A stretch of DNA of 64,000 bases from the NCBI GenBank assembly GCA_964016885.1, contig CAXHJY010001015.1, positions 4,156 through 68,155 of the forward strand, read 5' to 3'. How positions within the stretch are numbered: position 1 is the stretch's first letter; each line of letters starts with the position of its first letter. A model generated the notes under the pieces. That model made no database searches. It saw only the letters and a program-made list of their open reading frames with translations, and was not told the DNA's origin. The stretch is from Eledone cirrhosa (taxonomy: Eukaryota). Shown piece by piece: positions 13,214 to 30,720 of the stretch. Position numbers and translations under genes: made by a program.

Positions 13214-14165
13214 AACCACCACCGCCAACAACACCATAAACAGTAACATCACCGCCACCACCACCAACACCACCACCACCACCAACAACAACACCACCCC
13301 ACCACCACCACCACCACAAACAGCAACATCACCACCACCACAACCACCACTACCACCACTACCAACAACACCACCACCACCACCACCACCACCACTACCA
13401 ACACCACCACCACCAACAACAACAACAACACCACCACCACCACCACCATCACCACCATCACCACCATCACCAACACCACTACCACCACCACCAACACAAC
13501 AACATCACTACCACCAAAACCACCACTACCACCACTATCACCAACAACAACACCACCACCACCACCACCACCATCACCACCAACAACAACATCACCAACA
13601 CCACTACCACCACCACCACCATCACCAACACAACAACATCACTACCACCAATACCACCACCACTACCACCACTACCACCACCACCAACAACAACAACAAC
13701 ATCACTACCACCAAAACCACCACTACCACCACTATCACCAACAGCAACAACACCACCACCACCATCACCATCACCACCAACAACAACAACACCACCACCA
13801 CCATCACCACCATCACCACCAACAACAACATCACCAACACCACTACCACCACCACCACCATCACCAACACAGCAACATCACTACCACCAATACCACCACC
13901 ACCACCACCACCACCAATACCACCACCACCACCACTACACCCAACATCATCTCAGCCAGCAACGCCATTACCACTATAACCATCAACCACCATTCCCGAA
14001 CACCTCCTTCACGTCCAAAAAAAAAAGCCCCAGCACCAGCACCAGCACCGGCGCAGTAGCACTACCACCACTACTACCACCTCCACCCAACCACCATAAC
14101 TAACACCTCCACCAGCACCACCACCACCACCACCACCATACCACCTCCACCACCACCAGCCATTA
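13214..14165. repeat. (CAC/CAA)-rich low-complexity tract with internal tandem duplications
   Basis: ACC/AAC trinucleotide repeats with the recurring subunit aacatcactaccaccaa. Confidence 0.9.
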
Positions 14166-14345
14166 CCAGACATACAATTACACAGTGTATCTGTTAAGTA
14201 GGAAGCGGGAAACGATCTCATGACCTTATTGTTTACATAATCGATTGACAATTGAAAGTCAACTAATACACAAGTATCTGTAGTGAGTGTTGTGGTGTGT
14301 AGGGGCTACTGTGTGTGTGTATGTATGTATATGTACATGTACATG

Positions 14346-14409
<64 letters not shown>

Positions 14410-14413
<4 letters not shown>

Positions 14414-14492
14414 ATGCGTGAAAATGTATATGTATGTATATATATGTATATATATATACACATACATGCATATATATATATATATATATACG

Positions 14493-14527
<35 letters not shown>

Positions 14528-14714
14528 ATGCATATATATGTACATATATACAAATATATATATATATGTGTGTGTATGTATATAATGCGTGAAAATGTAT
14601 ATGTATGTATATATATATATATATATATATATAAACATGCATATATATGTACATATATACAAATATATATATATATGTGTGTGTGTATGTATATAATGCG
14701 TGAAAATGTATATG

Positions 14715-14753
<39 letters not shown>

Positions 14754-15135
14754 TGGCTGCCAACTCGTTTTCGAGTACGGCCACTACTTTATATCCATGT
14801 AGGAGAACCCCTACTGATGCGCTGAACGAGTGTGACTTTTTAGTCCAGCCAGCGACTTGAAAGCTCTGGTACAAACACTACACTTGTGACAATTATTGAC
14901 ACATAGTGCTGGGCCCATGGTACCATGTGACGACAAATGCAGAGAGATCTCCAGATATAAAGCAATGCCTGTGCCGTGAAGCTTTTATAGTGAGCAAAGG
15001 CACTGCACAAAGCCAGTCCCACTCTCTTAACCAAGATGATATTTACCAAAAAGAAGAACAAGTCAACATCATTGGATGTTTATATATATATATATATATA
15101 TATAAACATGCATATATATGTACATATATACAAAT
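14410..15135. repeat. Tandem triplication of a ~110-170 bp TA-rich unit; third unit interrupted by a ~330-bp insert
   Basis: ataatgcgtgaaaatgtatatgtatg occurs near 14411, 14582 and 14693. aaacatgcatatatatgtacatatatacaaat occurs near 14524, 14633 and 15104. Confidence 0.85.
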
Positions 15136-16093
15136 TAGCCGTCGAAACGGCTTGAGCTCAGCCGTCGGGGTCTTACTGGTTCCTATATACAAATATATAT
15201 ATATATATGTGTGTGTGTATGCGTTTGTGTATGTTTGTGTGTCTGTTACTATGTTTCCAAATGTGACCTTTCCACCACATGTCAATTGTTTACTTCTTTT
15301 CTTTCTTTGTTTGATTAATTGATTAGGCTGAAGCCACGAGAGCTGGTGGTGGTGGTGGTGGCCTTGTGTGGTGGTGATAGTGGTGTGGTAACGGCGGTGG
15401 TGGTGTAAAGTTGTTGACAACGGTGGTGGTGGTGTTGGTGGTGAGGGTCTTGATGGTAAGAGTGGTGGCGGTGTGTGTTAGTAGGGTGGGGTATTGACAG
15501 TAGTTGATGATGTTTTATGAGGATGGTATGCCAAGATAGATCAACGGGGGGGGGGTTGTAGTGGCGATGGCTGTGGTGGTGGTGATGGTGGTGGCGCTGG
15601 TGGATGTAGAGGCGATGGTTGTGGTGGTGATGATTGTGGTGTTGGTGGTTGTAGTGGTGATGGTTGTATGGGTGATGATGGTGGCGTTGGTGGTTGTAGT
15701 GGCCTTAGTGTGGCTGGTGGTGTGCTATGGGTGCCATGGAAGGAATGTGGATAAAAAGCAGGTAGGGTGTTGGTGGTGGTTACACAATTGGCTGAGATGG
15801 AGCAAATCATCACCGGATGTATTTGAATAGAAAGAACCCTGGGAAATCTACCGTCTGTTTCCCTGTTTCCCGTCGCTTCATCACTTCCACCAATAATAAT
15901 GACAACAACAATTATACTACTACTACTACTACTGCTACTGCTACTACTACTACTACTACTACTACTAATAATAATAATAATAATACTAGTAGTAGTTGTA
16001 GTACTAGTAGTCGTAGTAGTAGTATTAATAGTAGTACCAATAGTAGTAGTACCAGTATTTTTCTTTCTATTTTATCTTACATTTCTTCTTCTA

Positions 16094-16157
16094 TCTTCTG
16101 AAGAAGGACGAGTGTCCGAAAAGATAAGACTCTTTTCCTTCTATTTCAAGCGTTAAA
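16094..16157 (+). mobile_element. Penelope-LTR-like repeat fragment with degenerate hammerhead (family A, copy 2)
   Basis: tctt-CTGAAGA-a-ggac gagt gtcc-GAAA-agat-aaga-ctcttttcc...tcaagcgttaa. Stems I and II are intact; stem III and U16.1 are mutated. Confidence 0.6.
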
Positions 16158-16238
16158 CTAGCAGCATGTACTCTATTGTTTATTTTCTTATTTCTGATTT
16201 CTTTTTACACACACACACACACATACATCCACCCCACC

Positions 16239-16292
<54 letters not shown>

Positions 16293-16940
16293 GCGACTAT
16301 CTACATATCGATGTATGTATATTGTTGTTTTGTAATTTAGTTATTTCATATCTGCTGCCATTCCAGGCACACAAAAGAACTAGTATGATATATATATATA
16401 TGTGTATATATATTTATATTTATTTATCTATCTCTCTATCTCTCTCTCTCTATATATATATATATACCTATATTTATATATATGTATATATATATATATA
16501 TATATACCTATATTTATATATAGGTATATATATATATAAATATACCTATATTTATATATAGGGATATATACATATATATATACCTATATTTATATATAGG
16601 TATATATATAAATATACCTATATTTATATATAGGGATATATACATATATATATATATACCTATATGTATATATAGGTATATATATTACATGTATATATAT
16701 ATGTATATATAGGTATATATATTACATGTATATATATATATATATATATACATGTATATATATATATATACATGTATATATATATATACATACATGTATA
16801 TATATGTATATATATATATACATGTATATATATATATATATACATGTATATATATATATATATACAGGTATATATATATTTATATATATGTATATATATA
16901 TATATATATATATACAGGTATATATAAATTTATATATATG

Positions 16941-16974
<34 letters not shown>

Positions 16975-17281
16975 CAGGTATATATATATTTATATATATG
17001 TATATATATATACAGGTATATATATATTTATATATATATATATATATATATATACAGGTATATATATATATATATATATATACATATATAATAAACATAT
17101 ATGTTTATGTAATGCATTGACACACACGTCCACCTCTAGTCTCACATGTTTTAATAAACATTAGTACCTTTTATAATTAACAGAAGAAATATATTTCAAT
17201 ATCATGTTATCATGTCATTCCCTGGTGCAGCAAGACACTTAATTGAATCAACACACAGTCACACACACATACACACACACA

Positions 17282-17374
<93 letters not shown>

Positions 17375-17706
17375 TTATATATATATATATAAGCACCATT
17401 TCATTGATTGCTATTTTGATGTGCGAAGTCACATATTGGAAATAACGCCCCGTCCCACACACTGATATATATATATATATATATATACATATATATACGG
17501 ATACGTATGTATAAAAACAATTTCGATTTTCACATAGCTGTCATCTGTGAGAATATCATGCGGCCATGTTTGTCACAGACATATCTACTACCGCCATCAT
17601 GTATCACCGTGCATCTTAGATTTCTATATTGAGGTACTTTCTAGATTAACTTACACACTTACATCACGTGACAGAAATATAGCTAATGTATAAATTCATC
17701 AATGTG

Positions 17707-17782
<76 letters not shown>

Positions 17783-18269
17783 CATATAATTATACACACA
17801 CACGCATATATAAATGTATATACTTAAGAATGCAGTCACACTGCATACATATGAAAATACTGTAAAATTGTATATACTGTATATATATATATTATATATA
17901 TATATATATACGTCTACTGGAATTAGCCGTATTTTTCCTTTATGAAGAGTGGTAGTATGTAATAGACGAGAAATAATAAAGGAAACGGGTGGAAAACTGA
18001 ACGGGTATGTATTACATGTCCTCCTGTTGGGTATAGGTGAGAGCTAATATCATTTCTGGTTGTATTCCACCCCTTCCCCACACCGGCTGCAAACTCTACC
18101 CCCTGTATATTCCATGTAACTGTCCAACGACCTCCATCAGCCATACCTCTCCCTCATATTCCAAGTATTCTGACTGGTGGACGACACCGGCAGCTGTTTC
18201 ATACACGGATCTGTAGTACAGAACTTACAGGAATTACAAAAAATACATAATGGAAGTACACACACACAA

Positions 18270-18339
<70 letters not shown>

Positions 18340-18443
18340 ATGTGTATATGTACGGGTATTTGCATGTATATATATATATATGTATATATATATGCATATA
18401 TATGTATATATATATATATATGTATATAGATATATATGTATAC

Positions 18444-18475
<32 letters not shown>

Positions 18476-18808
18476 GTATATATGTATATATATATATATA
18501 TGTGTGTGTGTTAGTGTGTGTCATAACTATTTATCTATCACCTTCCAGCTCTCTCTCTCTCTCTCTCTCTGTATATATATATATATATATATATATAACA
18601 TTATTCTACACCCTGCTCCATTACTTTTAACCTTTGGTCCTTTGCTTGAAGTATCTCTTTTATCTTTCTTTCAGTCTTTCTCTCTTTCTTTCAAATTTCA
18701 CATCAAGAAAGGACAGATTGTTTAGTTTATGTTTGCTTATCTTCTTCCTCTCCTCTCTCTATATACATACATCTATAACAACAACATCAACAACACCAAC
18801 ACACAGAC

Positions 18809-18862
<54 letters not shown>

Positions 18863-19238
18863 GTATATGCATGCATGCATGCATGCATGTGTGTTGGATG
18901 GATCACCGTCTGTTACAACGATGAGCGTTGTAGATGTAAGGTCGGCTTGGAACAACCTACAACTCAAGTGCAAATGGTTGATCGTAGCCCTCCTCTAACA
19001 CAATTCTCAGGGAGATTCAGTGTGGTGAAATATGCGACAAGGTTGGTCCTTAGAATTGCTGGTGCAACTCATATTTTGCTCATCTGAATGTAATGGAACG
19101 TGAGTTAAGAGATATAGGTACATATGAATACGCGCAAAAAACTTTATAAAGTGTCTTTCTTAAGGTGACAATGTACTGCTTAGAATTGAACTCACAAAAT
19201 TGAGTCAAATAATCTAAGTACTAGGTCATGGGTATTCA

Positions 19239-19273
<35 letters not shown>

Positions 19274-19274
<1 letters not shown>

Positions 19275-19830
19275 CGAGTCTATTGTAATGATCAAGCCGC
19301 CTCCCCCCTTCAAAGATGAAGCAGAGGCGGTGTTTCTGTGCGTAATAGCCATGGCGAAAGAGGTTGTATGGTGGACGCGTCTGAAAGGACTGAGGTCGGG
19401 CACCTTTCTCTCTGGCCAACAACTGGTCCGTTTCTTCCGATATCATTTCGGAAGAAGGATCAGGATGGAGAGAGAGGTGCTGCACCCCAGCCGTTTCTAT
19501 GAAAGATGGGTGAAAGTGGCGAGAATGGCCCGTGTGAATGGGCCTTCACTCTACATCAGACTATAGGTGAGGAAGATGAAAGACCAAGGGAGCACCCCTT
19601 CTCTGTGCTCCTGAGGAGAAGGGTTGCACACTTTTTTCGGGGGTGTGTGCGACCCCCCAAGGCACCTCCTCTCTATTGAGGATTTTGTTAAAAATTTTAT
19701 TTTTTGTTATATCTTATTTTATTTTTATATTTTGTTATTGCCTCCTCCTTATTGAGGACGCCTTTTTGTGTAAACTCCCCCCTTTGTACTTGTCCCACTT
19801 TTGATGCCCTAGTGGCAAATAAAAGAAACA
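19274..19830 (+). mobile_element. L1/Tx1-like LINE 3' end (ORF2 C-terminus plus 3' UTR) embedded in (TATC)n
   Basis: Open frame ...VFLCVIAMAKEVVWWTRLKGL...FYERWVKVARMARVNGPSLYIRL* with stop at 19566, then a UTR with AATAAA at 19818. (TATC)n lies on both sides. Three more truncated copies are in the window. Confidence 0.7.
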
Positions 19831-19896
19831 TATCTATCTATCTATCTATCTATCTGTCTGTCTCCCCTTCTCTCTCTCTCGCTCTCTCTCTCTCTC

Positions 19897-19955
<59 letters not shown>

Positions 19956-20212
19956 AGCACACATGTATCAATGCATATGGATCGCACATGTACAAACTCT
20001 GATAATCTCCGTATTTCTAATGACACACATTCATGTATTATACACACGCAAACACTCTTAGACATATTGGCACACACATACAGAGAAACTGTTATACACA
20101 TTTTTTAAACGAGGACATATATTAGAATAAATACATACACACAAAAACATACTCATACATGCATGCATATATGCATACGTACATACATATATACATATTC
20201 ACACATAGACAT

Positions 20213-20245
<33 letters not shown>

Positions 20246-20372
20246 ATATCTATATATATATAAGTGTATATATACAATCTCTAGCAAAACATATTTTTGC
20301 CCTCCGTTATGTCGCAAAATGGATATTCAAGATGACTTTTTCAAGTTTATAATTGCCATCTGGCAAATCAAT

Positions 20373-20448
<76 letters not shown>

Positions 20449-20551
20449 GGGGGAGTGAGAATGTTTCATCGGCAGTGGCTGTGATGAAAACAACATAAAT
20501 AATAATAAAAAACACCAACACACACAAACATACACACACACACACACACAC

Positions 20552-20583
<32 letters not shown>

Positions 20584-20974
20584 GCCACATTTCTAAATGG
20601 AATCAACAGATATTTTAAGATAAGCAAAAACAAAACAATAAATAAATATTACCAAACAAAAAACCTATTGAAAAAAAATGGTTAAACAAAAAAGAACAAG
20701 ACAACAACAACAACAACAATAAAAACAAAACTATAACATTAAACACCTATGTTGTATTTTTAAAATGGCGTCGTTGTACCAGTTCGAAATAACGTACTTA
20801 ACTGACCGAAATGACCATAGGGGTACGTGTGTACTTGATTGGTAAAGCTGACTTGAAATAGCAGCCATATTTCCCCTCAACACACATACACCTTGTCGCT
20901 GTCATCTTTAAAGTACAAAGGATACATTGGTTGATAGTTAAAATTCCTGCTGATGGTTATAACCAATTATTGTT

Positions 20975-21175
20975 GAAGGCGGATAGAATGCTTTGGAACA
21001 TCAGATAGAATGCTTTGGCGGATAGAATGGGGGCATAGAATGCTTTGGAACGTCGTATAGAATGCATTGGCGTGCTACTTCCAGCTCTCCTTTGTCTGAG
21101 TTCAAGATCCCACCGAGGTCAACTTTGTATTTCATTCATTTGAGGTGGATAAAAAAGTACCAGTCTAGTACTGTG
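20975..21175 (+). mobile_element. SINE with internally reiterated head
   Basis: About 5 copies of atagaatg(ctttgg), then ctgagttcaagatcccaccgaggtcaactttg...aaagtaccagt, as in the 52 kb copies. Confidence 0.7.
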
Positions 21176-21689
21176 CCCGATTCTTCCTCTATATCTCTTT
21201 CTCATTTCCATTGTCTCACACTCAATACTTCTCTTGAAGAAATCTGCCGTGTTCAGACCTTGAGAGGAGATAGGCTCCGCCAGGCTTAAATCGCTCAGGA
21301 AAAGCTGGATGCCCCTATAGTCTCTAAACTATAGGGGCATACAGCAATTCCTATGAGTAAACTTCCTTGGATTGGAAAAAGATCTGCTGTGTTCAGATGC
21401 GGTTTAAAATACCGCAAAAAACGCTCTATGCCACAATGGTGCTACTACGACTCCATCATTAGGTGCAGGATTAAAACATACCAAACCATACCATCGACGG
21501 TTATTTTATGAGACATCTCAGATACATTTGAATGTCTCGTATAATTGTATGATCAGGTATCTGGGTTCTGAGAACAAATACTGCCGAGGTCACCTTTGTC
21601 TTTCACCCTCCCGACGTCGATAAACAAAGCACCATGTAATGAAGTATTGTATGTACACATAAAAGCGCATATATATATATACAGTATAT

Positions 21690-24345
<2,656 letters not shown>

Positions 24346-24926
24346 TGTATGGATACACAACTCGTGCACCCTATGAGCGCGTGTTTGTATCATCACCATT
24401 GAGCCGGTCACAGACGGTTGGAACCCATACCCCATCTTAAAACACGTCTGTTGAAGTGATGTGACCTCTTTCTTTGGCTTCGAATACCCGACAGAATACG
24501 AACAAAACCCTACCCTTGTCCCCACTGAAACAACAACAATAATAAAAACTCCAATAATATCATAACCTACCACTATATATGTAAGCAAACATATTAACAC
24601 AGAGTACACTAAGAAGAGCTCCGAAAACTCCGAGTAACCGTACGTACATCTGCTCCGTGTTTTTACTGTTCTTCCTTCTGACTTCTAGTTCTCCTTACCG
24701 TTTAACTCTTTTACTATTTCACCTTTTCCAGCCATCCGGCTGAGGCCATGCTGGGGCACCGATATTTATTATGGGAAGCGACACAACCTATTTTAAGCCC
24801 CCACCATTTGATACTTATGCTGTCTCTACAATTTTAACCTAATTAGATTATCCTCTAAAAAATATTGCTTGTGGGGTTTCCCTTGACATTGGCCGTGTGC
24901 AACACTCTGAGGTCTTGGATTGTTAG

Positions 24927-25002
<76 letters not shown>

Positions 25003-25025
25003 ATTATCTCTCTCTATATATATAC

Positions 25026-25123
<98 letters not shown>

Positions 25124-25127
25124 TTAT

Positions 25128-25431
25128 ACCCCAGCAAATTTTATGAAGGGTGGGTGAAAATAGCGAGAATGGCCCGTGTGAATGGGCCTTCTCTCTTTAT
25201 CAGCCTGTAGGTGGAAAGGTGGAAGTTCAAAGGAGCACCCCCTCTCTGTGCTCCTAAGGAAAAGGGTTGTACACTTTTTCGGGGGTGTGTGTAACCCCCA
25301 AAACGCCTCCTCCCTATTGGGGACTGTATTGTTAATTTTATATTTGTTATTTGTTGTTTACTCGTTCCTTTATGTCACCCCCCCCCCCCCTTGTATTTGT
25401 CCCCTTCTCCTGTGCCCTCGTGGCAAATAAA
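25128..25431 (+). mobile_element. L1/Tx1-like LINE 3' end, truncated copy 2
   Basis: PSKFYEGWVKIARMARVNGPSLFISL* is homologous to 19485-19566, followed by the same UTR ending gtggcaaataaa. Confidence 0.8.
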
Positions 25432-25892
25432 TAGATAGATAAATATATAGATAGATAAGTTTCTATCTACCTACCTACATATGTACCTACCTACCTATCT
25501 ACGCCATAAAAATAACAACACATTTCTTCGTTTCTTCCCCACCAACTCGGAGTTATTTGATGTATTATCATCATCATCATCATCATCATTACTATTATTG
25601 TTGTCTTTGGTATTGTTTTCTTTGATATTGTTGTGTCATTTTCTTCTTCCTACCGAAATAGAAACGGGGATTTTAAGAACCGTTTTCTGAAATCATTTAA
25701 ACGCTATCAAAGCTAAACTTTTCATTTATTTAATTTTTATTTACACATTCCCAAACATTCCATTAATATCTACAGTTTCTCCATGATCAGTTTAAGAATA
25801 ATAATATCGATACAACAACAAAAATTACCAATAGTAATAATAATAATAATAGTAATAATAATAATAATAATGGTTACAATGGTATTTAAATC

Positions 25893-25931
<39 letters not shown>

Positions 25932-25959
25932 ATAAATATATAAAATATTTATATATATA

Positions 25960-26015
<56 letters not shown>

Positions 26016-26026
26016 TTATATATATG

Positions 26027-26075
<49 letters not shown>

Positions 26076-26659
26076 TATACATATAAGTATATATATATGT
26101 ATATATATATATACATACATACATACACACACATATATATATATATATATATTTATTATTTTTACAATATATTTTTATTATAATGTTTTGTAGCTAACTT
26201 ATATATTTCTTACATTTACATCTTTTGATCATTTTCCTGTGTTGTTGTGTAGTTATTGTTGTTGTTATTATTGTTATTGTTGTTGTCATTATCGTTGTTA
26301 TGTTATGTTATACTTTTTTCACTTGAATGTTGTGTTTCTCGTCAGTCAATATATGTGTGTTTATGTTCGCTAACTTGTTTTACGGTTTACGTTGTTTCCT
26401 ATCAAATGCCTTCCTCTTTCTCTATTCATTTTTTCACCCTATCACTTTCACTCTCTTTCTTACTCTCCTTTCTTACTATCCTTTCTTATTCATGTTACCA
26501 GCCCTCTCCCGCTCCGCCTCCAAATTTCTTGTATTTTGTTTTATTTTTTGCTTGTTTCTATTTGCTCTACAATTTTAAATACATTTGTTTATGCTTCTGA
26601 TTACCTCTCACTTTTTTATATACGAGTATGTGCAGGGGGATATATGTACATCGAAGTAT

Positions 26660-26782
26660 AAATATACATATATGTATATATATACATAAATCTATATATA
26701 CATGTATGTGTATCGATATATATATATGTATATCTATATGTATGTATGTATATATATATATTTATATATATATATGTATATA

Positions 26783-26842
<60 letters not shown>

Positions 26843-26944
26843 TATATGTATATATATATATATAAGTATATATATATATGTACATATATGTATATATATA
26901 TATATATGTCTATATATGTATATATATATGTATAAATATGTGTG

Positions 26945-26980
<36 letters not shown>

Positions 26981-27162
26981 TATATGTATATGTATGTATA
27001 GATATATGTATGTATATATATATGTAAATATATATATATATGTAAATATATATATGTAAATATATATATGTATATATATATATGTATATATATGTGTATA
27101 AATGTATATATATATATGTATATATATATGTATATAGATATATGTGAGTATTTATATATATG

Positions 27163-27207
<45 letters not shown>

Positions 27208-27337
27208 GTAATATATATATATATGTATATATATATATGTATATATATATATGTATATATATATATGTATATATATATATGTATATATATATATATGTAT
27301 ATATATGTATATATATATATATGTATATATATATATG

Positions 27338-27388
<51 letters not shown>

Positions 27389-27941
27389 GTATATATATAT
27401 ATATATATGTATATATATGTATATATATATATGTATATATATGTATATATATGTATATGTATATATATATGTATATATACATGTATATATAGGTATATAT
27501 ATGTATATGTATATATATATGTATATATACATGTATATATATGTATATATATATATGTATATATATATGTATATATATATGTATATATATATGTATATAT
27601 ATATATGTATATATATATGTATATATGTATATATATATATGTATATATATATGTATATATATATGTATATATATATGTATATGTATATATATATATATCT
27701 ATGTATATGTATATATATATGTGTATATATATGTATATATCTATATATACATATGTGTATATATATGTATATATCTATATATACATATGTATATATATAT
27801 GTATATATATATATATGTATATATATATGTATATATATATGTATATATATATCTATATCTATATATATGTATATATATATATATGTATATATATATGTAT
27901 ATATATGTATATATATATATATATCTATATATATACATATG

Positions 27942-27974
<33 letters not shown>

Positions 27975-28545
27975 GTATATATACATATATGTATATATAG
28001 ATATATGTATATACATATATATATATATATACATATATGTATATATATATACATATATATACATATATGTATATATACCTATATGTATATATAGATATAT
28101 GTATATACATATATATATATACATATATGTATATATATACATATATATACATATATGTATATATACCTATATGTATATATATATGTATGTATATATATAT
28201 GTATATATATATATATGTATATATATATATGTATATATATGTGTATATATATGTATAGATATATGTATATATATGTATATATATATATGTATATATATAT
28301 TTGTATATTTATATATATGTATATATATATGTATATATATATGTGTATATATATGTGTATATATATATATGTATATATATATATATGTGTGTATATATAT
28401 ATATATGTTTATATATCTATATATATATGTATGTATTTATATATATATGTATATATCTATATCTATATATATATAAATGTATGTATTTATATATATATGT
28501 ATATATCTATATATATATAAATGTATGTATTTATATATATATTTG

Positions 28546-28576
<31 letters not shown>

Positions 28577-28604
28577 TGTATTTATATATATATATATATG
28601 TATT

Positions 28605-28644
<40 letters not shown>

Positions 28645-28654
28645 TGTATGTATT

Positions 28655-28701
<47 letters not shown>

Positions 28702-28753
28702 TTATATATATATGTATATATATGTATGTATTTATATATATATGTATATATAA

Positions 28754-28833
<80 letters not shown>

Positions 28834-29100
28834 TTATATATATATGTATGTATATATATATATGTATGTGTGTGTATATGTATATATATATATACAAATA
28901 TATATATATATATTTACATACACAAATATATATAAATATACACGCACATACATATATGTAGATTTATTCATATTAAAAGATTGTATGTATATATATATAT
29001 ATGTATGTTTGTATGTATGTATGTATGTATGTATGTATGTATGTATGTATGTATGTATGTATGTATGTATGTATATATGTATGTATGTATATATACACAT
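26660..29100. repeat. ~2.4 kb compound (TA)n/(TATG)n microsatellite
   Basis: Continuous TA/TG low-complexity sequence. Confidence 0.95.
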
Positions 29101-29704
29101 ATACAATGTATGTTCATTGAATGTGACCGTATGAAAAGTTATTCCAGTGGAGGAGGGAATCATTCCCAACGATATTTGAGCTGATTCTCTGCTTCAATAT
29201 ATTCCGTTGATAAAATCAATTTGGCTTCAATAGGTTTTAACAACTCTTAAACGTAGGTATCAATGCACACACATATTCACACACTTATCTGAACTTACAC
29301 GTACACTCACATACAAGTTTCAGCTTTGTAATTTCTTTTTTGTTATCAAAGCACACACACATACGCTCACACACTCACACATATACGCTCACACACACGC
29401 ACACATATATATAAATAAATTGATACATGTTTACACAGATATAGATATACTTATTTATACACGTGTATATATATATACAGGTTTATACACATATTGATTT
29501 ACATGTTTGCATACATATATATATATATATATATATGTTTTTTCTTCTATAAAATGAAGCAGTTTATTTGAAATGAAATCGTAATCCCGATTTATTTACC
29601 ATCACTTCACCGGAAATCATAATGCAACGAACATATCCGAGAAGTTATTCTAACATGCTGTATATATATATATATATATAAATATATATATAGAGAGAGA
29701 GAGA

Positions 29705-29784
<80 letters not shown>

Positions 29785-29833
29785 CGTTGCAAATTACTTC
29801 TTGTTATACACATATACAACCACAAAGTGTCGT

Positions 29834-29880
<47 letters not shown>

Positions 29881-29899
29881 TAATAATAATAATAATAAT

Positions 29900-30115
29900 G
29901 TTGAATTAAAAAGATTGTAGCAGTTAAGGAATGTGTCTCCCATTCCATATGTAATTGGTACAGCTGGGAACCCACTGATCCGTTTCTGTAACGACATTGA
30001 CAAATTACCTATAAAGATAGGCAGAGGCGCGTTCCAGAAAACGGAGGTGTCAACCACACTAAACATTACTAGGGCTTTCTCACAGCATTTGTACTCCTTT
30101 AATATTCTTTGTTAA
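29900..30115 (+). mobile_element. R4/Dong-like non-LTR retrotransposon C-terminal fragment (pseudogenised), next to (TAA)n
   Basis: Frame from 29900 reads VELKRL*QLRNVSPIPYVIGTAG...KLPIKIGRGAFQKTEVSTTLNITRAF, resembling the ExKRLW..P.VIGALG..LQK....T..I.R tail of the restriction-like endonuclease domain. The TAG falls at the expected Trp. Confidence 0.7.
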
Positions 30116-30365
30116 TTCTGACGTTATTCTCTATATGTTTTCTATTGAACATCTCTGTATGAAAAAAATTGCACATTTCAGCACGTTAAACAAACTGCTT
30201 TGGCAACATTCAATAATTCTATACATGGGGTCAATCTTCAGTCAGTTAAGGTTTTGTTTATAGTATATATATACATATATATAACGAAGGAAATGTGGTA
30301 AGGAACCATATGGACCATAACGCACCAAAGTACTCAATACTTAGGGTAGTAGAGTGGGTAAAAAC

Positions 30366-30461
<96 letters not shown>

Positions 30462-30720
30462 ATGTATATATTTATGCATATGATGTACATGAATAAATAA
30501 AGGCACGGTGGGGGCACAAGTCAACGGAGAAAAAGAGCGGGAAAACCTACAGCCCGCACTCATCAGTCAACCTCTCGAAATCACTACAGTTTCTGTACAC
30601 ACACACACATATATATATAAACACATAAAAGATTTTACCATAGCAAAATATATTTGAAAAGTGATTAGAATGCTTATTTTGAAGTATGTATGTATATATA
30701 TAAGTATATATATATATTGT

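Noticed and set aside
14752-14800. HDV-like ribozyme at the start of the insert
   Set aside because: A P1-like stem exists, but I could not find P1.1 GG/CC, P2 or the catalytic C junction.
24600-24650. ctaagaagagctc...gagtaaccgtacgtac, a hammerhead-like shadow
   Set aside because: Both core segments would need several changes; too degenerate to support.
30530-30596. Minus-strand CTGATGA followed by a GCGGG/CCCGC stem
   Set aside because: No GAAA follows stem II and no permuted topology gives valid stems I and III, so it is not called a hammerhead.
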